From an uncultured Clostridia bacterium (GTDB lineage Bacteria; Bacillota; Clostridia; Oscillospirales; Ruminococcaceae): a stretch of 64,000 bases of DNA. The notes under the pieces are model-generated. The model searched no databases. It was not told the DNA's origin and worked only from the letters and a program-made list of their open reading frames with translations. Positions 41,742 to 52,821 of this stretch are shown here, piece by piece. How positions within the stretch are numbered: position 1 is the first letter of the stretch; each line of letters opens with the position of its first letter. The stretch is taken from contig CANQJB010000004.1 in assembly GCA_947624155.1 (NCBI GenBank), positions 5,041-69,040 on the forward strand, read 5' to 3'. A program made the position numbers and the translations under genes.

Positions 41742-42221
41742 ATGAAAAAAAACACTAAAAGAAGCCAGAGCATCAGCTGCCTCGTCCATTCGTTCCTTCA
41801 TGTGAACAGGCTCCGCAGAGCCATGTCCGAGGAGCAGATCAGCAAGCTCGGAGTACACAGCAGCCAGCACCATATGCTCGCGATCATCGCCGGCAGCAAG
41901 AATATCTGCCAAAAGGAAATCGCCCAGAAGCTCGAGATCTCCTCGGCCGCCGTCGCCGTTACTCTCAACAAGCTCGAAGCCTCCGGCCTTATCGAGCGCA
42001 ACCAGTCCTTTGACGATGCGAGAATGAACCACATCACCATCACCGACAAGGGCAAGGACATTCTCAAGTCCTCAAAGTCGATGTTTGACGCGATGGATGA
42101 GAAATGCTTCGAGGGAATCACCGACGAAGAAATCGCCCTGATGACCGGCCTTCTCGACAAGATGACAGAAAACCTCAGAGCACTCCGCCAGGAGACAAGC
42201 GGCCGCCCCTCCAAGGATTAA
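41742..42221 (+). CDS. MarR family transcriptional regulator
   Basis: 159 aa. ..HHMLAIIAGSKNICQKEIAQKLEISSAAVAVTLNKLEASGLIER.. is a winged HTH. Confidence 0.85.
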   Translation: MKKNTKRSQSISCLVHSFLHVNRLRRAMSEEQISKLGVHSSQHHMLAIIAGSKNICQKEIAQKLEISSAAVAVTLNKLEASGLIERNQSFDDARMNHITITDKGKDILKSSKSMFDAMDEKCFEGITDEEIALMTGLLDKMTENLRALRQETSGRPSKD

Positions 42222-42235
42222 GGAGGCGCCCCTGA

Positions 42236-44041
42236 TTGAAGCACAACTGGTTTAAGTACATAAGGCCTTACCTTCCTTATTTTATCATCGGCCCCCTCTG
42301 CATGATAATTGAGGTTATAGGCGAGGTCGTAATGCCGAGGCTTCAGGCATATATTATCAACACTGCTATTGCCGACGGTTTAACCGTCGGCAGAAGCTTG
42401 CTTGCCATGCTCGGAATGATCGGAATGGCTGTTCTGATGATGGCGGGCGGGGTTGGCGGCTCCTATTTCGGCGCAAAAGCCGCAGTCAACTTCGCGGGGG
42501 ATTTAAGGCGCGACATTTTCAGAAAGGTCCAGTCCTTCTCCTTCGCGAACATAGATAAATTCTCGACCGGTTCACTTGTCACAAGAATGACAAACGACGT
42601 CACCCAGCTTCAGAACTTTGTCAACATGATGCTGAGAATGGCGATCCGCGCTCCCGGAATGCTTATCGCCGGTCTTGTTATGGCGATAACTCTCCAGCCG
42701 AGCCTTTCGGCGATCTTCGCAGTGTCGGTTCCGGTTCTGGTCTGCGCGATTTCGTTTATCATCTTTTCGAGCTTTTCAAAGTTCTCCGCCGTCCAGAAAA
42801 AGGTCGACGCTCTGAACTCTACCGTTCAGGAAAACGTAACAAATGTCCGAGTAGTCAAGTCCTTCACCCGTGAGGACTTTGAAATAGAAAAATTCGGCAA
42901 AGCAAACCTCGATCTTCGCAACACCTCGATGGGCGCGATGAAGATCGTCATTTTCATGTCACCGGTTATGACGCTGGTCATGAATGTGACCGTTCTCTGC
43001 ATCATCTTCTTCGGAAGCAGAATCGTCCTTAATCCGGTTCTCGGAATGAAGCCGGGCGATCTTTCGGCGTTCATCACCTACGCGACCCAGATCCTTTCGT
43101 CGCTGATGTCGGTCTCGATGCTGTTTATGGTCACCTCACGCGCGCTCGCTTCGGCTAAGCGTATCGGCGAGGTCCTCGACGAGGTTCCCGACATAACCGA
43201 CGACGGAGCTCAGCGCTATGTTCTCGGCGCCGACGGCAAGCCGCTCGTCGGCGAAGACGGCAAGCCTGTTGAGCTGACGGTTCAGCGCGGCGAGATCGAA
43301 TTCAAGAACGTCACATTCCGCTATTATAAAAACTCCGCAGATCCTGTTCTCAGCGACATCAGCCTGAAAATTCCCGCGAAATCGGTCGTCGGAATCGTCG
43401 GCTCGACCGGCTGCGGAAAGACCACCCTTGTTTCTCTGATTGCCCGACTTTATGACGCCGACAGCGGCGAGGTTTTGGTCGACGGCGTAAATGTCAGAGA
43501 CTACTCGATCTATAACCTCCGCGAGGGGATAGGAATGGTGCTTCAGAACAACACGCTGTTCAGCGGCACTGTTGCCGAAAACCTGCGCTGGGGCGATGAA
43601 AACGCCTCCGACGAAGAGGTTATCGCCGCCGCCGAGAGCGCCCAGGCAGATAAGTTCGTCAGCTCCTTTAAAGACGGCTATGAGACGATGATCGACCAGG
43701 GCGGAACAAACGTCTCGGGCGGCCAGAAGCAGCGCCTCTGCATTGCGAGAGCGCTCCTTAAAAAGCCGAAGGTTCTGATCCTCGACGACTCGACCAGCGC
43801 GGTCGACACCGCGACCGAGGCTCAGATCCGCACCGCCTTCCGCAACGAGCTCGCCGATTCCACCAAGATAATAATCGCCCAGCGAATCTCCTCGGTCAAG
43901 GACGCCGACATGATAATCGTCATGAACGAGGGCAAGATCGCCGGAATAGGCACCCACGACGAGCTTTTGGCCGAAAATGAGCCGTATCAGGAGATCTATT
44001 ATTCCCAGAACGACTCCGAGAGAAAGGAGGCGGGGAAATAA
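42236..44041 (+). CDS. ABC exporter, fused permease/ATPase (half of a heterodimer)
   Basis: 601 aa. 6 TM, then Walker A GSTGCGKTT, signature VSGGQKQR and Walker B ILILDD. TTG start. Confidence 0.9.
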   Translation: MKHNWFKYIRPYLPYFIIGPLCMIIEVIGEVVMPRLQAYIINTAIADGLTVGRSLLAMLGMIGMAVLMMAGGVGGSYFGAKAAVNFAGDLRRDIFRKVQSFSFANIDKFSTGSLVTRMTNDVTQLQNFVNMMLRMAIRAPGMLIAGLVMAITLQPSLSAIFAVSVPVLVCAISFIIFSSFSKFSAVQKKVDALNSTVQENVTNVRVVKSFTREDFEIEKFGKANLDLRNTSMGAMKIVIFMSPVMTLVMNVTVLCIIFFGSRIVLNPVLGMKPGDLSAFITYATQILSSLMSVSMLFMVTSRALASAKRIGEVLDEVPDITDDGAQRYVLGADGKPLVGEDGKPVELTVQRGEIEFKNVTFRYYKNSADPVLSDISLKIPAKSVVGIVGSTGCGKTTLVSLIARLYDADSGEVLVDGVNVRDYSIYNLREGIGMVLQNNTLFSGTVAENLRWGDENASDEEVIAAAESAQADKFVSSFKDGYETMIDQGGTNVSGGQKQRLCIARALLKKPKVLILDDSTSAVDTATEAQIRTAFRNELADSTKIIIAQRISSVKDADMIIVMNEGKIAGIGTHDELLAENEPYQEIYYSQNDSERKEAGK

Positions 44042-45984
44042 TGGCAAGAAGTCTTGAACAGCTCCAGAAGCAATATAACAAAGCCGCGACCGTTCAGCGC
44101 CGCAGAGGCCCCGGAAGAGGCCCCGGCCCGAGGATTCAGGGCGGCGGAAAGATGAAGAACTCGAAGGCGACCATCGCCCGTATGCTCAGCTATCTGAAGC
44201 CATACAGATTCCGCCTCGTCGGAGTTCTGCTATGTATGCTCTGCTCGACGGTTACCTCGCTCTTCGGCTCCTATATGCTCGCGCCGGTAATAAATAAGCT
44301 CACCGTGTTCGTCAAAGGAACCGAGCCGGAGGGACTCTCCTCGATGGAGCGCCTCGCCGAAAAAATTATCGGAGTATTCGCCGGCCCCGCCGGTTCCGAA
44401 AGCGCCGACAGCATAATGAAGTATATCGTCACGGTCATTTCGATCCTAGCGTTTATCTACGGAGTGGGAATTATTTCAAACTATCTCCAGGCGAGACTGA
44501 TGCTTTCGATCTCTCAGGGGTCGATAATGAATATCCGAAACGACCTGTTCACAAAGCTCCAGCACCTTCCGGTCAGATATTTCGACTCCACCCCGACCGG
44601 CGAAGTAATGTCGAGATTCACAAACGACGTCGACAACGTCGAGGTGATGATAAATAACTCTCTGACCTCCGTCTTTTCCGGAACGGTAACTTTAATCGGC
44701 ACCTTTGTCTTTATGATCACCACCAACTGGATTCTGACCCTTATCACCATTGTGTTCATTCCCGTGTTCGCGATGGGCGGGCGTGCAATCGCAAAGATTT
44801 CCTCGCGCTATTACAGCGGCCAGCAGGCTGCGCTCGGCGCGGTAAACGGATATACCGAGGAGACCGCGACCGGCCAGAAGGTAATAAAGGTCTTTAACCA
44901 CGAGCAGACCTGTATCGAGGAATTTGACGAGCTTAACGACGATATGCGCGACAAGCAGTTCAAAGCCCAGTTCTGGGGCGGCGTAATGGGTCCGATAATG
45001 GGCAACACCTCCCAGATAAGCTATGCCGCGACAATCGGCATCGGCGGCGTTCTGATGGTATTCGGAATGCTCAGCCCCGGCGCTCTGACGATCTTCGCGG
45101 GCTATTCCCGCCAGTTCTCGATGCCGATAAACATGATCTCCCAGCAGATGACGACGCTGTTTGCGGCGCTCGCCGGAGCGGAGAGAGTCTTCGAGGTAAT
45201 GGACACCGCGCCGGAAGCCCCCGATTCTCCCGAGGCCGAGGAGGTACCGATCAAGGGCGACATCGTCCTCGAAAACGTCACATTCGGCTATAATCCCGAC
45301 AAAACCGTCCTCAAAAACATCAGCCTTTATGCTCACCCAGGCCAGAAGATCGCCTTCGTCGGCTCGACAGGCGCGGGAAAGACGACCGTCACCAATCTTC
45401 TTAACCGCTTCTATGACATCGAGCAGGGCAGCATTACGATCGACGGCAGAGACATCAAGGAATATAAGCGCGAATTTTTGCGCGAGAATATCGCGATGGT
45501 TTTGCAGGACACCCACCTGTTCACCGGAACCGTCAAGGAGAATATCCGCTACGGGCGGCTCGACGCCACCGACGACGAAATAGTCGCCGCCGCGAAGACC
45601 GCTTCGGCGCACAGCTTTATCATGCGCCTTGAGCACGGATATGACACCGTTCTCGAGGGCGACGGCGCAAACCTCTCTCAGGGACAGCGCCAGCTTCTCA
45701 ACATCGCCCGCGCCGCGATCTCAAACGCTCCGATACTCGTTCTCGACGAGGCGACCTCTTCGGTCGATACCAGAACCGAGCGCCATATCGAGCACGGCAT
45801 GGACAGACTGATGAAGAACCGCACAACATTTGTCATCGCTCACCGCCTCTCGACCGTCCGCAACTCGAACGCCATAATGGTTCTCGAGCAGGGCGAGATA
45901 ATCGAGCGCGGCGACCACGACCAGCTTCTCACGATGAAGGGCCGCTATTACGAGCTCTACACCGGAGTCAAGGAGTTGGATTGA
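44041..45984 (+). CDS. ABC exporter, fused permease/ATPase (second half of the heterodimer)
   Basis: 647 aa. GSTGAGKTT, LSQGQRQL, ILVLDEATS. Its start overlaps the preceding stop. Confidence 0.9.
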   Translation: MARSLEQLQKQYNKAATVQRRRGPGRGPGPRIQGGGKMKNSKATIARMLSYLKPYRFRLVGVLLCMLCSTVTSLFGSYMLAPVINKLTVFVKGTEPEGLSSMERLAEKIIGVFAGPAGSESADSIMKYIVTVISILAFIYGVGIISNYLQARLMLSISQGSIMNIRNDLFTKLQHLPVRYFDSTPTGEVMSRFTNDVDNVEVMINNSLTSVFSGTVTLIGTFVFMITTNWILTLITIVFIPVFAMGGRAIAKISSRYYSGQQAALGAVNGYTEETATGQKVIKVFNHEQTCIEEFDELNDDMRDKQFKAQFWGGVMGPIMGNTSQISYAATIGIGGVLMVFGMLSPGALTIFAGYSRQFSMPINMISQQMTTLFAALAGAERVFEVMDTAPEAPDSPEAEEVPIKGDIVLENVTFGYNPDKTVLKNISLYAHPGQKIAFVGSTGAGKTTVTNLLNRFYDIEQGSITIDGRDIKEYKREFLRENIAMVLQDTHLFTGTVKENIRYGRLDATDDEIVAAAKTASAHSFIMRLEHGYDTVLEGDGANLSQGQRQLLNIARAAISNAPILVLDEATSSVDTRTERHIEHGMDRLMKNRTTFVIAHRLSTVRNSNAIMVLEQGEIIERGDHDQLLTMKGRYYELYTGVKELD

Positions 45985-45996
45985 TAAAGCATCAAA

Positions 45997-46031
45997 AAAG
46001 CCGGAGAAGAAATTCTCCGGCTTTGCTTTTT
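45997..46031 (+). terminator. rho-independent terminator
   Basis: aaagccggagaa / ttctccggcttt stem, followed by GCTTTTT. Confidence 0.8.
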
Positions 46032-46455
46032 GGAGAGGCGGTTGGAGAGGAAAACGGCAGATCCCCGCTCCTCCCCCTATGGTGGCAATACTTTCTTGCG
46101 TTCCTAAGCTTTAGTTATTCAATCCGCCCCCTCCCTGCGGGAGGGGGCGGCGCTTCGATATAGCTTCCAACAACTTCCGACGGGGGTGGGGCTGAAAATA
46201 GCATGAGCGGAGCGAATACCTTTTAGCCTCCGGAGCGGCTCTTTTCGGCGCGAATGCGCATCGGCGCGCCGTTTCCCTCTGCTTGACGACGCGACAAAAG
46301 CCCTCTAGAAGGCGCGCCTACCGTCAGCGTTTCAAGGAGAGAGTCCAGAGAAGGGGTTCCCCACACTTAAAGACCCTTAACCCATTCCCACGCTTACAAA
46401 ATACAACACAAAAGCCGCGAACGATTGTCACGGCTTTTGGTTCATCATTATAAAT

Positions 46456-48114
46456 TTACGCTTTTGAAAAAACGACCTCCACCCTTGTCCCTTTTCCGAC
46501 CTCGCTCTCGACCCCGATCCTCGCCCCATGAATCATAGCCGCGTGCTTGACTATCGACAGCCCGAGCCCCGTACCGCCAAGCTCTTTTGACCGGCTTTTG
46601 TCAACGCGGTAGAACCGCTCAAAAATGCGCTCCTGATGTTCTTTCGGAATGCCGATGCCCGTGTCCTCGACCACCAAAATCGCCTTGTTATCGGTATTTT
46701 TCACGCTTACGGCAACCTGCCCGCCCTTGCAATTATACTTAATAGCATTATCAACCAGATTATAGATTATACTGTTCAAAAGCTGTGGGATTCCGTTAAT
46801 CTCGGTCGGCTCGCCGCTGACTTCGAGGGTGATTTTTGCCGCTTCGGCTTCGGGCAGGAGCTGCTTCGCCGTTTCCTTGGCAAGCTCAAACAAATCCACC
46901 CGCTCGCGCTGCATGTCCTGTGCGCCCTCGTCGAGGTGCGAAAGGCGGATTATATCTTCAACTAAGCTAATCATTCTCTGCGATTCGCCGTGGATTCGCG
47001 CGTAAAATTCCTGTCTGTCAGGCTCTTTGACAACGCCGCTTTCGAGCAGCTCCGCCGCACCCGAAATCGTTTGCAGCGGGGTTTTCAGCTCATGCGAAAC
47101 GTTCGCGGTGAACTCCCGCCGAAGCTGCTCGGCGCGTTCTTTTTCGGTCACGTCGATAATCAGCAGCACCCCGCCCGACGCCTTCTCACCGTCCGAAACG
47201 GGGCTGATGTCGAGTTGAAATTTTCTGCCATTTAAATTGATAAATTTCTCGGCATGGTCGCCCTTCTCCATTGCCGAAAGAAGCTCGGAAACTTCAACGC
47301 TGCGGTTCAGGGTCAGCATGTGCTGCCCAACAACATCTCCCGAAGCGTCAAAAAGCTTTGCCGCGGCAGGATTTATACTCAAAACCTCGCCCGATGTGCC
47401 GAGAACGACTATTCCCTCCGCCATATTTTCGGTGACGGCGGAAAACTCCTCCTGACGCTTCCGCAGCTCGTCAGCCTGCTTTTTTATCTGCCGCTGCTGG
47501 CTGTCGATGCGGTGCAAAAGAGGCGCGAGCTCGTCGTATTGCGCGTTTGAAAGCGGGTCGTCGAGGTTGAGACTGTTAAGTGGCTTGACGATTTGCTTTG
47601 ACAGGCGGTACGCCAAAAACATCGACAGCGCGACCGCAATCAGGATTATCGCGGCCAGCGGTTGGGACATTCCGAAAAGCAGCGTCAGCAGCGTGTTTTG
47701 GCTGACCGACATTCTGAGAACCGAGCCGTCTGGGAGCTTTTCGGCGCAATATAACGCCCGCTCCATCAGCGTGACCGAATACCTCGAACTCTCGCCGAAG
47801 CCGTTTTCTAGAGCTTCGCGTATCTCCTCGCGCTCTAAATGATTCTCCATTTCGCCGGTGTCCGAGCGGCTGTCAAAAATCACCTTGCCGTCAGGCGCGA
47901 TTAGGGTGATACGGTATTCGCGCGGGTCCAAATCGTCAAAATATGAGACCCCCTCGGCGGCGACGGCTTTGGCGGCAAGTTCGGTCTGAACCCGAAGCTG
48001 CTCCTGCCGAACTTCCGAAAAATAGTTATAGAGCATAATCGAAAACAGCAGCACCGAAGCCGCAAAAACCGCCATCGCGACGAGAAAAATCGAGCGGAAA
48101 ATTCGCTTTGTCAT
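46456..48114 (-). CDS. phoR: sensor histidine kinase, PhoR-like
   Basis: 552 aa. Two TM, a PAS segment, the H-box ..NVSHELKTPL.., and the HATPase ..GGTGLGLSIV... Genomic context is the pst/phoU genes. Confidence 0.75.
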   Translation of the reverse strand: MTKRIFRSIFLVAMAVFAASVLLFSIMLYNYFSEVRQEQLRVQTELAAKAVAAEGVSYFDDLDPREYRITLIAPDGKVIFDSRSDTGEMENHLEREEIREALENGFGESSRYSVTLMERALYCAEKLPDGSVLRMSVSQNTLLTLLFGMSQPLAAIILIAVALSMFLAYRLSKQIVKPLNSLNLDDPLSNAQYDELAPLLHRIDSQQRQIKKQADELRKRQEEFSAVTENMAEGIVVLGTSGEVLSINPAAAKLFDASGDVVGQHMLTLNRSVEVSELLSAMEKGDHAEKFINLNGRKFQLDISPVSDGEKASGGVLLIIDVTEKERAEQLRREFTANVSHELKTPLQTISGAAELLESGVVKEPDRQEFYARIHGESQRMISLVEDIIRLSHLDEGAQDMQRERVDLFELAKETAKQLLPEAEAAKITLEVSGEPTEINGIPQLLNSIIYNLVDNAIKYNCKGGQVAVSVKNTDNKAILVVEDTGIGIPKEHQERIFERFYRVDKSRSKELGGTGLGLSIVKHAAMIHGARIGVESEVGKGTRVEVVFSKA

Positions 48115-48794
48115 CTTTTTTCCTCCATTTTATAGCCGACCCCGCGTACCGTTTCGATCATGCCGCCGCAGTCGCCTAACTTGGCACGCAGGGTGTTAAT
48201 ATGAACATCAACCGTGCGGGTCTCGCCGTAAAAATCGCTGCCCCAGACAGCCGAAAGAAGCTGCTCTCGGGTGAAGACTTTGCCGATATTTTCCATAAAC
48301 AGCTTTAGCAAATCATACTCTTTAAGGGTCAGTATAACCCGCCCGCCGTCAGCGGTCACGGTATGTTCGGCGGTGTTCAGGACAATGCCTCCGAGCCGAA
48401 GTATCGCGGGTTGCTCCTTTTTGCCCGAACGCCGAAGCACCGCGCGCACGCGGGAAACCATCTCCATCATGCCGAAAGGCTTCGCGAGGTAGTCGTCCGC
48501 GCCGAGGTCAAGCCCGATTACTTTGTCGTACTCGGTGCCTTTCGCGGTCGCCATGATTACCGGAATTTCGGCGGTTTTAGGGCTTTCACGCAGCTTTTTG
48601 AGTATCTCGATCCCGTCCTCGTCGGGGAGCATTATGTCGAGCATGATAAGCTCGGGAAGCGCGGTTTTTAGGACCTCGAACAGCTCCGAGCCGCGTTCAA
48701 ACCCCTTCGCCTCGAACCCCGCCGAGGTCAGAGCGTATATCATCAGATCGCGGATCCCGCCGTCATCTTCAACGCAGTAAATCATTTTTTCCAC
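48111..48794 (-). CDS. phoB: OmpR/PhoB-family response regulator
   Basis: 227 aa. Receiver domain ..LIMLDIMLPDEDG.. and winged-helix output ..LTLKEYDLL..VDVHINTLRAKL... Confidence 0.8.
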   Translation of the reverse strand: MEKMIYCVEDDGGIRDLMIYALTSAGFEAKGFERGSELFEVLKTALPELIMLDIMLPDEDGIEILKKLRESPKTAEIPVIMATAKGTEYDKVIGLDLGADDYLAKPFGMMEMVSRVRAVLRRSGKKEQPAILRLGGIVLNTAEHTVTADGGRVILTLKEYDLLKLFMENIGKVFTREQLLSAVWGSDFYGETRTVDVHINTLRAKLGDCGGMIETVRGVGYKMEEKR

Positions 48795-48798
48795 CTAC

Positions 48799-49665
48799 CT
48801 ATGACCAAACAGCCATGACAAGGGTCCCCAGAACCATAAGAATCAACCCCGCCAGTGCCTTTTTAGTCAGTTTTTCTTTGAATACAATATATGAAAACGC
48901 AATCGTAATCACGATGCTCAGTTTATCAATCGGCACCACAACGCTGACGACGCCGTTTTGAATCGCATAATAGTAGCATAGCCAAGAAGCGCCCGTCGCT
49001 ATTCCCGAAAGACCGATAAAAACGAGTTCTTTTTTGTTGATGTTTTTAAGCTTACTTTGTTTTCCTTTTGCGAGCACTATCGCCCATGCCATGACAAGAA
49101 CTACGCCTGTTCTTATAGCCGTGCCGAGGTTTGATTCCACTCCGGTGATGCCGATTTTTGCAAGAACCGAAGTGAGCGCGGCAAATATTGCGGACAAAAC
49201 AGCGCAAATAAGCCAATTTCCGCTTTTTTGAGCCGTTTTTGCGTCTTTCTTTTCGATCATCATAAATATGCCGACGGTGAGCATAACAACCCCGATAAGC
49301 TTGATCGCAAGATGTTCGGTTTCATTGAACAAAACGATTGCGAGCAGGACAGTCAGAATTGTGCTTGATTTGTCAATGGGGACCACTTTGTTGACGTCTC
49401 CCACGGAAAGCGCCTTGAAATAGCATATCCATGAAGCTCCTGTCGCTGCTCCCGAAAGAACCAAAAACAAAAGCGATTTTGGCGCAATATCGGTAATTGT
49501 ATCAGCTGAACCAACCACAAACACCATCGCCCACGCAAACAGAAGCACTACGACGGTCCTTATAGCCGTGGCCAAATCGGAATCCGTCTTTTTAATGCCG
49601 CACTTTGCTAAAATCGCCGTCAGTCCCGCAAAAAGAGCGGATAAACACGCCATGATAAGCCACAT
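48799..49665 (-). CDS. EamA/DMT family transporter
   Basis: 288 aa and 10 TM. Internally duplicated EamA halves. Confidence 0.8.
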   Translation of the reverse strand: MWLIMACLSALFAGLTAILAKCGIKKTDSDLATAIRTVVVLLFAWAMVFVVGSADTITDIAPKSLLFLVLSGAATGASWICYFKALSVGDVNKVVPIDKSSTILTVLLAIVLFNETEHLAIKLIGVVMLTVGIFMMIEKKDAKTAQKSGNWLICAVLSAIFAALTSVLAKIGITGVESNLGTAIRTGVVLVMAWAIVLAKGKQSKLKNINKKELVFIGLSGIATGASWLCYYYAIQNGVVSVVVPIDKLSIVITIAFSYIVFKEKLTKKALAGLILMVLGTLVMAVWS

Positions 49666-49710
49666 ATGTATATCACCTCAAGCATATTATACCGCACTCC
49701 GCCGCGATTA

Positions 49711-50352
49711 TCAAGTATCGGTTTTCCTGCCCGTCAGCGCGTAGATCACCCACCTCGCGATATTCGCCGCGTGGTCCGCCATGCGCTCGAAATATTTAGC
49801 TATCATAAGTAAATCAAGCGCGTATTCTCCGTCCGCGCGAACGCCCTGCAAAGCGGCTATCAGCGCGTTTTTTATGCGATTGAAGTGACCGTCAACCACG
49901 TCGTCATAGGCGATAATCGACCGCGCCAAGGCTTCGTCGCCCTTGACGAAAGCGTCGATAGAATCCGTAACCATCTTAACCGTTGCGCGCGCCATGCTGT
50001 CGATGTCGAGTTTGTCGTGCGCGGGAGTGATGTGCCCGAGCGACACGATCTCCGCGATGTCGCCCGAGTTGTCGCCGATTCGCTCCATGTCCGTAACCAT
50101 TTTCAGCGCGGACGAAATTACCCGCAAATCCCGCGCCACGGGCTGTTGTTGCAGCAAAAGCTTCATGCACATTCCCTCGATGTCCCGCTCCTTTTCGTCA
50201 ATCTGCGTGGTAAGGGCAATTACATTTTCGGGGCTTTCGCCGCCGTTAATTGCCTTTGCCGAGAGCGCGATAGCGTTTTCACACATCGCTCCCATTGCGG
50301 TAAGCTCGCGGTGCAAATCTTTAAGTTGATTATCAAAATTTGTCCTCATCAA
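49711..50352 (-). CDS. phoU: phosphate signalling protein PhoU
   Basis: 213 aa. Two PhoU repeats (..ERIGD.. and ..ERMADHA..). Confidence 0.9.
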   Translation of the reverse strand: MMRTNFDNQLKDLHRELTAMGAMCENAIALSAKAINGGESPENVIALTTQIDEKERDIEGMCMKLLLQQQPVARDLRVISSALKMVTDMERIGDNSGDIAEIVSLGHITPAHDKLDIDSMARATVKMVTDSIDAFVKGDEALARSIIAYDDVVDGHFNRIKNALIAALQGVRADGEYALDLLMIAKYFERMADHAANIARWVIYALTGRKTDT

Positions 50353-51107
50353 CCAAACCTCCCCGTGATGTAATCCTCGGTTCGCTTGTCCGTAGGATTT
50401 GAGAAAATTTTCTCGGTATCGCCGAACTCGACAAGCTCGCCGAGCAGGAAAAACGCCGTTTTATCGGATATTCGCACCGCCTGCTGCATATTGTGCGTGA
50501 CCGTGATTATCGTGTATTTTTCTTTAAGCTGCATACATAATTCCTCGATTTTCGATGTCGAAATGGGGTCAAGCGCCGAGGTTGGCTCATCCATCAAAAG
50601 CACCTGCGGCTCGACTGCAAGCGCGCGGGCAATACATAGCCTCTGCTGCTGTCCGCCCGAAAGCCCGAGCGCATTTTTTCTCAATCTGTCCTTGACCTCG
50701 TCCCAAATCGCCGCGTCACGAAGCGACCGCTCGACAATATCGTCAAGCTTTGCACGACTCTTTATCCCATGTGTGCGCGGGCCGTAGGCGATGTTGTCAT
50801 AGACCGACATCGGGAACGGGTTCGGCTTCTGAAACACCATGCCGATCTCCTTACGAAGCGTGTTTACGTCGACGTCGCGGGCAAAAATGTCTCGCCCCTT
50901 GTAGCAAACTTCGCCGGTGATCTTCACACCCTGAATCAGGTCGTTCATTCGATCCAGCGTTTTCAAAAAAGTAGATTTCCCGCAGCCGGACGGCCCAATC
51001 AGCGCGGTGATTGTCTTTTCCGGGATATTCAAATTGACGTGATGGAGCGCCTGTACGCTGCCATACCAAAGATTTAAGTCCCGGACAGTTATTATATCAT
51101 TCATCAT
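50349..51107 (-). CDS. pstB: phosphate ABC transporter ATP-binding protein
   Basis: I trimmed to [16 protein letters not shown].. (ATG at 51107 after AAGGAGA). GPSGCGKST and LSGGQQQRL motifs. Confidence 0.95.
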   Translation of the reverse strand: MMNDIITVRDLNLWYGSVQALHHVNLNIPEKTITALIGPSGCGKSTFLKTLDRMNDLIQGVKITGEVCYKGRDIFARDVDVNTLRKEIGMVFQKPNPFPMSVYDNIAYGPRTHGIKSRAKLDDIVERSLRDAAIWDEVKDRLRKNALGLSGGQQQRLCIARALAVEPQVLLMDEPTSALDPISTSKIEELCMQLKEKYTIITVTHNMQQAVRISDKTAFFLLGELVEFGDTEKIFSNPTDKRTEDYITGRFG

Positions 51108-51951
51108 TCTGTCTCCTTTTGAACCGGTGTCCGACGAACGCGGCAAGAAGATTTACCAAAAGGGTGAGCACCATCAGAATCGCCGCAATCGCAAATCCCA
51201 CGCCGAACTCGCCCTCCTCCTTGACGTACATATAAAGGGAAACGGTAAGGGTAGAGCCTGAGCTCCGCAGACCGGCAAAAAAGCCGTTGAGCGCGTGTGC
51301 CGTTCCTGCCGTAAACAGAAGCGCCGCCGATTCTCCCAAAATTCGCCCGACCGAAAGAATACAGCCCGTGATAACGCCGTCGATACAGCCGGGCAGAACA
51401 ACCGTGCGTATCACCCGCCATTTACCGGCTCCGAGCCCGAACGCGCCCTCGCGGTAAGACTGCGGCACCGTTTTCAAACTTTCTTGCGTGGTGCGCATAA
51501 CGGTCGGCAGGTTCATAATCACAAGCGTTAATGCTCCTGCCAAAAGAGAGGTCTGCATATCGAGAAACTCGCAGAAGAACAGCATACCGACAAGCCCGTA
51601 AATGATAGAAGGTATGCCCGAGAGCGTCTCAGCGGCGTATTCGATCACGGCAACGAGCCGCTTGTTTTTTGCGTATTCGGAAAGGTAAACGGCAGAACCT
51701 ACACCCAGCGGCAGCACAAAAACAAGCGTTGCGACAATGATGTAAACCGTGTTCAGAATGTCGGGCAGAATACCTATTTTACCGGTCAGGTAGCTTCGTT
51801 TTGTGGACAGCAGCTCCCAAGAGATGTTCGGAACGCCCTTTGCGAATATGTAGACGAGAAGAAACAGCACGAGCGCGCAGGTGAATGCCGCGCTGATTAT
51901 GCACAATGCCCGCAGAAGCGCGATATTTATTTTTCGTTTCATCGCCGTCAC
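51097..51951 (-). CDS. pstA: phosphate ABC transporter permease PstA
   Basis: 284 aa, polytopic. Position and similarity fit a pst operon. Confidence 0.9.
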   Translation of the reverse strand: MTAMKRKINIALLRALCIISAAFTCALVLFLLVYIFAKGVPNISWELLSTKRSYLTGKIGILPDILNTVYIIVATLVFVLPLGVGSAVYLSEYAKNKRLVAVIEYAAETLSGIPSIIYGLVGMLFFCEFLDMQTSLLAGALTLVIMNLPTVMRTTQESLKTVPQSYREGAFGLGAGKWRVIRTVVLPGCIDGVITGCILSVGRILGESAALLFTAGTAHALNGFFAGLRSSGSTLTVSLYMYVKEEGEFGVGFAIAAILMVLTLLVNLLAAFVGHRFKRRQNDE

Positions 51952-52811
51952 TCCTTACTGCGCTTCAAAAAGAAATTCAGTGCCGCGTTTATTAGCATGA
52001 TAAACAAAAACAGGACGAGGGCGATTGAGAACAGCGCCTGCCTTTGTAATCCGCTTGAATAGGACATTTCGCTTGCAACAGCCGTCGTCAGGAAGCGCAC
52101 GCTGCCGAAAAGCTCGGGCATATTCGGCGCGTTGCCCGACACCATCATTACCGCCATCGCTTCACCGATCGCGCGCCCGACCCCGAGCACGACTGCCGCT
52201 GCAATTCCGCTTTTCGCAGCGGGAACAGACACCCTGAAATATGTTTCAACAGGGGTTGCACCGAGGGCGAGGGAAGCATCTTCATATTCGCGCGGTACAG
52301 CCTCCGAAGCTGTAATCGACACATTGATAATAGAGGGCAGGATCATAATTGCCAACACAATGATTGCCGCTAAAAGGCTTGCTCCGTCGGGAATGTGAAA
52401 CAGTTTGCGTATACCCGGGACAAGCACCATCATTCCCACAAGTCCGTAAACCACCGACGGAATTCCCGCCAAAAGACTGACCGCGCCCGATACGACCGTC
52501 CGAATTTTTGCGGGGGCTAATTTTGCAAGATATACCGAGGTCATAAACCCGACAGGCACGCCCAGAATTATTGCCCCGGCAGTGCCGTAAACGCTCGTCA
52601 GAATGAACGGCAGAATGCCGTAGGACGGCTCGCTCGCGGTTGACGCCCACTTCGTATTGAACAGGAAATCCAAAATGCCGATTTCGCGGATTGCGGGGAT
52701 TCCCGCGATAATCAGATAAAGCGTAATCAGTAGAACAAATCCGACGGTTATCAGCCCCAAAATCAGGAAAATTCCGTGGACAAAATTCTCAAACGCCCTT
52801 TGCTTTTTCAT
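51948..52811 (-). CDS. pstC: phosphate ABC transporter permease PstC
   Basis: 287 aa, polytopic. Overlaps the pstA start. Confidence 0.9.
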   Translation of the reverse strand: MKKQRAFENFVHGIFLILGLITVGFVLLITLYLIIAGIPAIREIGILDFLFNTKWASTASEPSYGILPFILTSVYGTAGAIILGVPVGFMTSVYLAKLAPAKIRTVVSGAVSLLAGIPSVVYGLVGMMVLVPGIRKLFHIPDGASLLAAIIVLAIMILPSIINVSITASEAVPREYEDASLALGATPVETYFRVSVPAAKSGIAAAVVLGVGRAIGEAMAVMMVSGNAPNMPELFGSVRFLTTAVASEMSYSSGLQRQALFSIALVLFLFIMLINAALNFFLKRSKE

Positions 52812-52821
52812 GCCGCACTCC

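Noticed and set aside
39989-45636. Antisense ORFs inside the MATE and ABC genes (39989..40672, 40819..41322, 43136..44047, 44692..45636)
   Set aside because: Same shadow-ORF pattern, with no independent support.
45981-46163. 60-aa ORF overlapping the end of the ABC gene and its terminator
   Set aside because: It runs through a rho-independent terminator, has no RBS, and its translation is low-complexity.
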